From Planctomycetota bacterium (GTDB lineage Bacteria > Planctomycetota > B15-G4 > SIAN01): a DNA stretch of 64,000 bases. The notes beneath the pieces were generated by a model that saw only the letters and a program-made list of their open reading frames with translations, did no database searches and was not told where the DNA came from. Positions 57,313-64,000 of the stretch are shown piece by piece (the first letter of the stretch is position 1; every line of letters starts with the position of its first letter). The position numbers were made by a program, and so were the translations under genes. Where the stretch lies: NCBI GenBank assembly GCA_031409275.1, contig JANNXA010000018.1:59339-123338 (forward strand), given 5' to 3'.

Positions 57313-58301
57313 CGCACGCCCTCCGCCAGCAGCTCGGCCAGCAGCGGCGCCAGCACGGCCTCCTCCTTCAGGAAGGCGTCGTGGCCGTAGCGCGAACGCA
57401 ATCGCACGAAGCGCGCCGCGCCGCCGCAGCGCGCGGCCAGCGGCTCGATCTGCGAGGCGGGCACCAGCAGGTCGGGATCGGCCGCGATGAAGGTCGTGCG
57501 CGCACGGATCGCGGCGACGTCGACTTCATGCAGGTCGATCGCCAACGACAAACGCGCCAGCGCATCGCCGTCGAAGCGCTTCGCGAAGGTGCGCCCCTTG
57601 CCGATCAGCCACGATTCGATGGCGAAGGCGCGCGGCGCGGCGAAGCGGTCATCGGTCGCGCCTGCCGACGCGGGGCCGCTGAACCGCTCGTTCAGTTCGT
57701 CCGGGCTGCGATACGAGAGCAGGCCGAGCGCACGCGCGAGGGCGACCACCTCGTGGCGCGACCCGTGGTCGCGTCCGAGCGCCAGGATCCGCCGCTGCAG
57801 CGACCGCCATCCGCTCGCGAACGGCAGCGCGCGGTCGGCCGCCGAGATCGCGACCACTCGTTCGACTCGCTTCGGGAAGAGCGCAGCGAAGCGCAACGCG
57901 ACCATGCCGCCGTAGCTCGCGCCGACGGCCGCGTGCAGGACCTCGATGCCGAGCTCATCGAGCAGGCGTGCAGTCGCGCGCGCCTGATCGCCGCTCGACA
58001 CGACCGCCGCGTCGCGTTTGCCGAGGAACTCGAGCGAGAGCACGCGATGGCGGTCGGTGTCGATCGCGCGACCGGGGCCGACCTGCGCGCTCCACCAGCC
58101 GGGCGACGGGTCCTCCGCCGTCGGCGCGACGTGCGGATCGGCCGAGATGCCGCCTTGCACCAGGACCACCGGAGCGCCCTTAGGCCCGTGCAGTTCGTAG
58201 GAGAGCACCAGTTCCGGCAGCGGCGCGTCGTGCTCCAGCGCGAAGGGCTCGGCGTGCACGAAGAGGCGCGCGCTGCGCGAAAGGGTCAACGCGGTGCTCA
58301 T
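57309..58301 (-). CDS. metX: Homoserine O-acyltransferase (MetX family; acetyl versus succinyl not determinable)
   Basis: GGISA, GWW...GPG..ID, GASYGG, SYRS, YGHDAFLKE. Confidence 0.9.
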   Translation of the reverse strand: MSTALTLSRSARLFVHAEPFALEHDAPLPELVLSYELHGPKGAPVVLVQGGISADPHVAPTAEDPSPGWWSAQVGPGRAIDTDRHRVLSLEFLGKRDAAVVSSGDQARATARLLDELGIEVLHAAVGASYGGMVALRFAALFPKRVERVVAISAADRALPFASGWRSLQRRILALGRDHGSRHEVVALARALGLLSYRSPDELNERFSGPASAGATDDRFAAPRAFAIESWLIGKGRTFAKRFDGDALARLSLAIDLHEVDVAAIRARTTFIAADPDLLVPASQIEPLAARCGGAARFVRLRSRYGHDAFLKEEAVLAPLLAELLAEGVR

Positions 58302-59335
58302 CGGCTCGCCTCCTGCTTCGCCGCGAACGTGGCGAGGTCGCCCTGCAGCGCGCGCGCCGTGCCGCTCGCGCCGACGCCGCGGCCGAGGTGCAAGCGCGTG
58401 GTGCCGTCGTTGGCAGTGAACGCGTAGCCGACGCGAGCGCACGGCAGCGCGAGGCGATCGCCGCGCGCGAGCTCCTCGTAGCGCAGGCTCGGCGTGCCGT
58501 CGGGCGCGAGGCGACCGACGAGTCGCGTGGTCGCGCCGCGTCGGCGCCGCGCCTGCAGCAGCTTCGGGTCGAGGTCGGTCAGCAAGGGGCGCTCGATCGA
58601 CTCGGGCGCCAGCGCGCGGCCGAAGGCGAGGCGTGCCGCCAGTGCGAGCTTCAGCGCCGCATCGCGACCGTCGAGGTCCTGGCTCGGATCGGCCTCGACG
58701 AGGCCGGCCGCGCGCGCCGACGCGAGCCCATCCTCGAGCGTGCCGCCGCGCTCCAGCGCCGCGATCACCTCGGTGGTGGTCGCGTTGGGGACGCAGGCGA
58801 GCGAGCGTGCGCCCTGCGGCCATTCGTCGAGTTCGGCGAGCCAGGCGCTGCCGGTGCCGCCGAAGACGGCCGCGACGCCGAGCTGGTGGCGGAACGCCTG
58901 CAACTCCTCGACGTCGAGCAGTAGCGGCGTTTTCGCCGCCAGCACCAGCTGCTTGCCGCTCTTCAGCAGTGCGCGGGTGCGCGAGAGCGCCTCGGCGCGC
59001 GCCGCGGGGGCGAAGTCGGAATCGGTCGCATCGACGACGACGTCGGCATCGGTGACGGCGAGCGCGATCGAGAGCGGCAATTCGGCCGCGAGCGCGTGGC
59101 GGGCCAGCGGCGCGCCGCTCGACTTGAACGCGACCAGCGGCGCGGTGGGCAGACCGTCCACGGCGTAGACGGTCGCGCTGCGGTCGCTGGCGGCGATCCA
59201 GCGCACCGGCGTCTCGGCTGCGAGCGCCAGCAGTTGGCGCCCGATGCGGCCGAGACCGAGCAGGTGCGCGGTGGGGGACGGCCCCGAAGAGACGGCGGCA
59301 TTCGACGAAGGCGGGGAGAGCAGCGGCGTGGTCAC
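58298..59335 (-). CDS. hom: Homoserine dehydrogenase-like protein, divergent, no ACT domain
   Basis: LLGLGRIG, VVVDAT, LAAK, NATT, GLVEADPSQDLDGRDAALKL, GRGVG..GTA; GTG after GGAG. Confidence 0.8.
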   Translation of the reverse strand: MTTPLLSPPSSNAAVSSGPSPTAHLLGLGRIGRQLLALAAETPVRWIAASDRSATVYAVDGLPTAPLVAFKSSGAPLARHALAAELPLSIALAVTDADVVVDATDSDFAPAARAEALSRTRALLKSGKQLVLAAKTPLLLDVEELQAFRHQLGVAAVFGGTGSAWLAELDEWPQGARSLACVPNATTTEVIAALERGGTLEDGLASARAAGLVEADPSQDLDGRDAALKLALAARLAFGRALAPESIERPLLTDLDPKLLQARRRRGATTRLVGRLAPDGTPSLRYEELARGDRLALPCARVGYAFTANDGTTRLHLGRGVGASGTARALQGDLATFAAKQEASR

Positions 59336-59412
59336 GATCGGCTCCAGAGTGGAGCCATCGACGGCCGGCGGAGTCCCCGCCCGATCGCGCACGCTGCGCG
59401 ACCACTGGCTTG

Positions 59413-59525
59413 GACTCATCTTCCGGCGCGCCTGATGGCGTTCCGTGGGAGTTGGCACCGATCCGCTTGCGCGGCGGTTGCCCCGGCTTCATTGGGCCCA
59501 ATCCCTCAGCCGGTCTTGATGAGTC
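59413..59525 (-). ncRNA. SAM-I (S-box) riboswitch
   Basis: P1 GACUCAUC/GAUGAGUC, AUCAAGA, GAGGGA..GGCCC.AUGAAGCC, GCAACC, GGUGCCAA; directly upstream of the met genes. Confidence 0.93.
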
Positions 59526-59597
59526 AGTCGGGCGCGGAAGCTATCGAGCGAGCGGCGGCTGTCAAGGCGGCGTGCCGCGCGCCAACATGCGGCAACG

Positions 59598-60416
59598 ATG
59601 CAACCCGCCGCGGATGACGAACTCGATCGGCCCTTCTCGCTCCCGGAGGATGCTCCGGCGCGATGCCGGCGTGATGGCTACGTGCGATTGCATCGCTTCC
59701 TGCAGGCGGGAACGTTGGCGCGCGCGCAGGTCGCCATCGATGCGGCGATCGAGCGGCGTTCGATTCCACGCAAGCCGCGCGAATTGCAGACGCCCTATGA
59801 ACGCGCCTTCCTGCAGGTGATGAACTTGTGGCGCGAGGATGCGCACGTGCGCCGCTTCATCGGCGCGCCGCGACTCGCGCAGGTCGCCGCGCAACTGCTG
59901 GGCGTCGCGCGCGTCCGCCTCTACCACGACCAGGCGCTCTACAAGGAAGCGGGCGGCGGGCCGACGCCGTGGCATGCCGACCAGTACTACTGGCCGCTGT
60001 CGAGCGACCGCTGCGGCACCTTCTGGATCCCGCTGCAGGAGACGCCGCTGTCGATGGGGCCGGTGGCGTTCTGCGTCGGGAGCCACGTCCACGACCTCGG
60101 CCGCGCGCTGCCGATCTCGGAGGAGAGCGAGGCGCGCGTGGCCGCCACGCTGCAGGCGACGCACCTGCCGCAGGACGAGCAGCCGATCGTGCTGGGCGAC
60201 GCGACGTTTCATCTCGGCTGGACGTTCCATCGCGCCGGCCCCAACACCAGCGCGCTGCCGCGCCGCGCGATGACGGTGATCGTGATCGACGCCGCGATGC
60301 GCGTGGCGACGCCGCGCAACGACCATCAGCGCAACGACCTCGCAGCGTGGTTCCCCGGCCTCGCACCCGGTGAACTCGCCGCATCGCCGCAGAATCCGCT
60401 GCTGCCGCTGGAGTAG
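59598..60416 (+). CDS. PhyH-family Fe(II)/2-oxoglutarate dioxygenase
   Basis: FLQVMNLW, YHDQALYKE, TPWHAD, WIPL, GSH, FHLGWTFH.AG.N...RR. Confidence 0.92.
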   Translation: MQPAADDELDRPFSLPEDAPARCRRDGYVRLHRFLQAGTLARAQVAIDAAIERRSIPRKPRELQTPYERAFLQVMNLWREDAHVRRFIGAPRLAQVAAQLLGVARVRLYHDQALYKEAGGGPTPWHADQYYWPLSSDRCGTFWIPLQETPLSMGPVAFCVGSHVHDLGRALPISEESEARVAATLQATHLPQDEQPIVLGDATFHLGWTFHRAGPNTSALPRRAMTVIVIDAAMRVATPRNDHQRNDLAAWFPGLAPGELAASPQNPLLPLE

Positions 60417-60424
60417 CGATGGCG

Positions 60425-60952
60425 TCACCGCGTCCCATCGTCGCCGTCGTCGCATTGGCCGAAGCAGCAGCCGACGCGCTGAGTGAGGTTGCGGAACGCG
60501 GGGTGCAACGACTCGCCAAACTCCTCGGTCAGCGTGGCGAGCGTGAAGCGGGCGTACTGCTTCTTCGAAAGCTCCGCGATGCGGCGATCAAGCGGATCGT
60601 GGTCGATGAAGCGTCCGAAGAAGCGGGCGCAGAAGGCGCGGTAGAGCTTGGTGTTCAGCACGAAGGCGTGCCACAAGCGGTCGACGGACTCGACCATCTG
60701 GATCGGCTGGCCGGGCCGCGCGAAGGGGATCGCGGAGAGCCACTGGAGCAGACCGTCGAAGTGCGACGTGGCGTCGGCTCGCGAAAGGCCGTAGTGCTGG
60801 ATGGCGGTTTCGAGCACGGGCGCGTAGTCGAAGGCGGCGAGCATCGCGGAGTGGAGCGAGCGGCCGGTCATCGACGACGGAGACATCGTGGCCGCCCCTG
60901 TCACGGCAGTCGACTCGGCGCCAGGAGCAGAAAAGCTGGCAAGTGGGGTCAT
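60425..60952 (-). CDS. Glycine-rich-domain (GRDP/DUF1399-like) family protein
   Basis: VDRLWHAFVLNTKLYRAFC...GRFIDHDP motif; Cys-rich tail GCCFGQC. Confidence 0.7.
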   Translation of the reverse strand: MTPLASFSAPGAESTAVTGAATMSPSSMTGRSLHSAMLAAFDYAPVLETAIQHYGLSRADATSHFDGLLQWLSAIPFARPGQPIQMVESVDRLWHAFVLNTKLYRAFCARFFGRFIDHDPLDRRIAELSKKQYARFTLATLTEEFGESLHPAFRNLTQRVGCCFGQCDDGDDGTR

Positions 60953-60993
60953 GCGACCTCTCCGAAACGGGTTGCGAGGAGCGAGGGGCGGCG

Positions 60994-62583
60994 TCACTGG
61001 ATGCTCACGACGAACGGGCTCGCGTCCATCAGCGGGCCGCGGCCGGTGCGATTCTGGGCGTAGCCCATCAGCGTGAACTCCATGCCGCTGACCGAGGCGT
61101 CGGCGTCGGCGCAGAGCTGGAGTTCGCCGTTGGCATCGAACGGGGCGAGCAAGAGCGGCTCGAAGAGCGGGACACCATCGATGTCCGTCAGCGCGATCAG
61201 GCCCAGCAGGGCCGGCTCTCCGTTGCGAAGGTCGACCACGATGGTCTCGCCGACCAGCGCGTCGGACGGGTCGGCCTGCAGCCAGAGGTCATTGCCGGCG
61301 AAAGCGGTGAGACGGCCACCCTTGGGTTGGGTGTTGCGAGCGGAGGGTGCGCCGATCAGCAGATCGGGAATGCCGTCGAGGGTGAGGTCGTCATTGCCGG
61401 CGACCGACCAGCCGAAGTTGCCGGCGTCGTAGCCCGGGAGGAACTGGTACAGCAAACGATGCGTGCGACCAGAGTAGAGGTAGACGCAACCTGCTTGGAC
61501 CCGGGTGTAGTGCTTGTGGGCCCAGGCGCTGATGGTGTACTCCGAGTAGCCATCGCCATCCATGTCGCCGACCACCCCCAACCCGCTACGGCCGAAGGCC
61601 GAGTATTTGACATCGGGATCGGCCACTTCGAAGAGCAGGGCGCCGGACACGGGCGAGTAGACGCGCACCGTCTCGTTCAAGCTGCTTGTCGAGTCGTAGA
61701 GGAAAGCCATCACGTCGCCCAAGCCATCGCCATCCCAGTCGCCGGCAGAGCCAAGCGCGGAGCCGAGGTTCTCCGCCTTCTTGCCGGCCCAGGACTGGAT
61801 CAGGTGGCCGTCGGCACCGGAGAAGACATCGATGCGGCCGTCATTGGAGAGAGTCGAAGTGTTCCAATGGTCGGCGTAAGTGGCGTAGTCGCGAAGTCCG
61901 TCGCCATCGACGTCGTCGAGTGCGGTGAGCGCCTGTCCGAGGTTGTCACTTGCGATTCCGTCATGGACGCGCAGCACCTGCGCCGACTTGCTGGAGACGA
62001 CATAGACGCGGCCGTAGAAGTACGTTGCGAAGTTCGGCGCGCTTACCAGCAGTTCATCGAACCCATCGCCATCGAGGTCGCCTACATTCGCCATGGCGAC
62101 GCCGAAGAAACCTCCGGGCCATTCGCCGACGAGTTGCCACAGTGGCAGACGAGTTTCGCCGGAGATCATCAAGATGCGACCGGTCCCGCTGCCGATGGTG
62201 GGTTCGTTGTATCCGAAGCCCGCGACGACCAAGTCTGGCAGTCCTCCACCGTCGATGTCTCGCACCCAGGTGACGGCGCTTCCAAAGCCCTCGTCCTTCG
62301 TGACGCCACACCACGAGCTCAGCGTGCTTCCAGCCACGCTGGAGGCGAGGATCGCCTTGCCATCGTAGGTGTTCACGCACGTGGTGCTGCGCGCACCCAC
62401 CAGCACGTCCGGTCGACCATCGCCATCCAGGTCAGGAACGAACGTACAGGCGAATCCGAGCTCTTCGGGATAGGTCTTCGACTCGATCTGCCAAACCTCC
62501 GCCTGGGCCCTCGCCTCCTGCTCCACAGCGGACCCCGCAATCAAGAAGAGCGCCGCCACCGTCACCGTGTTCTTCGACTTCAT
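60994..62583 (-). CDS. Secreted FG-GAP / integrin-alpha-repeat protein
   Basis: Signal peptide; about seven repeats such as FG..V..GDLDGDGFDELLVSAP, GRV..FSG. Confidence 0.9.
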   Translation of the reverse strand: MKSKNTVTVAALFLIAGSAVEQEARAQAEVWQIESKTYPEELGFACTFVPDLDGDGRPDVLVGARSTTCVNTYDGKAILASSVAGSTLSSWCGVTKDEGFGSAVTWVRDIDGGGLPDLVVAGFGYNEPTIGSGTGRILMISGETRLPLWQLVGEWPGGFFGVAMANVGDLDGDGFDELLVSAPNFATYFYGRVYVVSSKSAQVLRVHDGIASDNLGQALTALDDVDGDGLRDYATYADHWNTSTLSNDGRIDVFSGADGHLIQSWAGKKAENLGSALGSAGDWDGDGLGDVMAFLYDSTSSLNETVRVYSPVSGALLFEVADPDVKYSAFGRSGLGVVGDMDGDGYSEYTISAWAHKHYTRVQAGCVYLYSGRTHRLLYQFLPGYDAGNFGWSVAGNDDLTLDGIPDLLIGAPSARNTQPKGGRLTAFAGNDLWLQADPSDALVGETIVVDLRNGEPALLGLIALTDIDGVPLFEPLLLAPFDANGELQLCADADASVSGMEFTLMGYAQNRTGRGPLMDASPFVVSIQ

Positions 62584-63865
62584 GGCAGCACTCCAGGGTG
62601 GACCGCGAATTCCATGACGTACCCCACCGATGCGACGATCAGCTTCGCGGTGGTGCCATCCGCCGCCTTGATCGGGAAGAGGTTGTTGTAGGCGCCCGGG
62701 AAGTAGCCGAGGTCGCCTGATTGATGCACGCATTGGTAGACGCCATTCACGTCTTGTCGGAAGAGGTAGACGTGCAGCGCGTCGGTGCACCAAATCTCGG
62801 GTGCACCGGCTTTGTCGACGTTGTCGATGCGGATGCCGCAGATGGCGGAACTCATCCCGGTGCCGGGAGTCGCGAAGTTCGAGTCGCCATCGACGCGGAT
62901 CTGGGTGAACCTGCCGCCGGAGATTCCCTTCAGGATGTAGAGCCCGCCACGGTTCTTGTCCTTCTGCCCGTTCGCCCAATCCTGGTAGGTGCCGGTATCG
63001 ACCCAAGTCCCCGCGACGACCTCATCGGCACCGTCTCCATCGAGATCCCCGGTATCGAGTCCGATCACCATGGTCCCGAGATCGATGCTGGACCAGCTGA
63101 GGTTCGAGGTCACGGGATTCCCGGCCGTCGGCGGACTCCCCGGCTCGATGGCATAGACGTAGCCACCGAGAGTTCCGACCACGACGTGGTCGGTCACCGG
63201 ATCCTCGAACGTCTTCCTCATCCGAGCATGCTTCATCGAAGTGCCCAACTCCTGAGCGTTCACCGACTGCGACAGGCAGTCAATCTGCCCGGCAAGGAAT
63301 GCCGACGAGTTGATCAGCGGGTACCACCAGCCCTCACCGCCTCCGTGAAACGACGTGTGCATCCCCGGAATGGGGTCCGCCGGGATCGGGCTGAACGTCA
63401 GGTGATGGGCGCCGGTCAACTTCGTGCGAATTGGGCGCTCGAAGACGTGTCCGCCCCATAAATAATGGATCGGAGTACCCGGCACGGACTCCGGCAAAGC
63501 CGACGCGGTCTGGAACCGCCGGATCAATCCGCGCGCCGTGTCGTAATAGGCAGTCCCGGTCTCGTTCATGATTTCGAGGTTGGGAGTGCCGTTCCCATCG
63601 AGGTCGCGATAGATGAGTGTGCGATTGAAGTTCGGGTAGTTGACGTCCCAGTACTTGTGGTTGACCGCTTCCAGAGTATTCGTGCCGGCGACGTTCGTGA
63701 TCCAGGTGTTCGTCCCGTTGCCGATGTCGACCGCGCCGACGCGGTAGTGAGGTTCGGTGGTGGCGCCTGTGGTGACGGTCCACGCCGGCTGCGCGTACTC
63801 CGCGAAGTAGACCGTTCCCGTCCCGGTCGGGACACCGCCGGCGGTCAGGTGATCGTCCTCGTCTA
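62580..63865 (-). pseudogene. 3' part of a large FG-GAP-containing gene interrupted by an IS
   Basis: DLDGNGTPN and GDLDGDGADEVVAG repeats; no signal peptide; frame runs into the IS end at CTAG 63863-63866; stop overlaps the next ATG. Confidence 0.7.
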
Positions 63866-64000
63866 GTGTCATGAGGTAGAAGTTCGTTGAACAATGTCAC
63901 GGAGGCGTCGTACTCCTCTACAAGGAGCCGACGATGCCACGAGGACGCCCCCGCGCTGACCTGAAGCTGACGCCCGAGGAGCGCGCGACGCTCCAGGGTT
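63866..64000 (+). mobile_element. Left end of an IS630-family insertion sequence (partial)
   Basis: TA target followed by GTGTCATGAGGTAGAAGTTCGTTGA, resembling IS630 ends; transposase-like N-terminus follows. Confidence 0.75.
63934..64000 (+). CDS. IS630-family transposase N-terminus (partial)
   Basis: AAGGAG RBS; MPRGRPRADLKLTPEERATLQG matches the typical GRP..L.LT.EER..L start. Confidence 0.7.
   Translation, partial: MPRGRPRADLKLTPEERATLQG

Overview
High-GC bacterial window, most consistent with an uncultured Planctomycetota lineage (inference from gene content). Left ~27 kb: a minus-strand argR-argH-DUF2071-hemA-hemCD-hemB-hemL-[HK-RR]-hemE-hemN string sits divergent from a plus-strand respiratory cluster. 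That cluster has a HEAT protein, a Rieske protein, a b6-like split cytochrome b with the heme ci Cys, an 8-heme cytochrome c, a cupredoxin-like lipoprotein, A2-type oxidase subunits II and I, ctaA, ctaB, SCO, DUF420 and dapF. The most striking hidden feature is a small exported membrane protein at 26875-27192, which the ORF track cuts short at the TGA. Its CxxC-like motif reads C-S-M-TGA, the TGA is followed by a canonical-looking bacterial SECIS hairpin, and the read-through frame ends in an ATGA overlap with dapF. It is a candidate CxxU selenoprotein in an oxidase-assembly locus. Middle: two tandem ~1040-aa FG-GAP paralogues, then an operon of eight exported amidohydrolase-fold proteins (nine domains) in which only one keeps the full metal-binding motif. 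A 50-bp hairpin tandem repeat and marR-doxX follow. Right: a Tat-exported isomerase, a thioredoxin/HEAT protein, pyk, an ECF sigma factor, a SAM-I riboswitch controlling hom-metX-metB, a PhyH dioxygenase, and FG-GAP genes interrupted by an IS630-family element at the window edge. No searches were run; family calls come from motif recognition.
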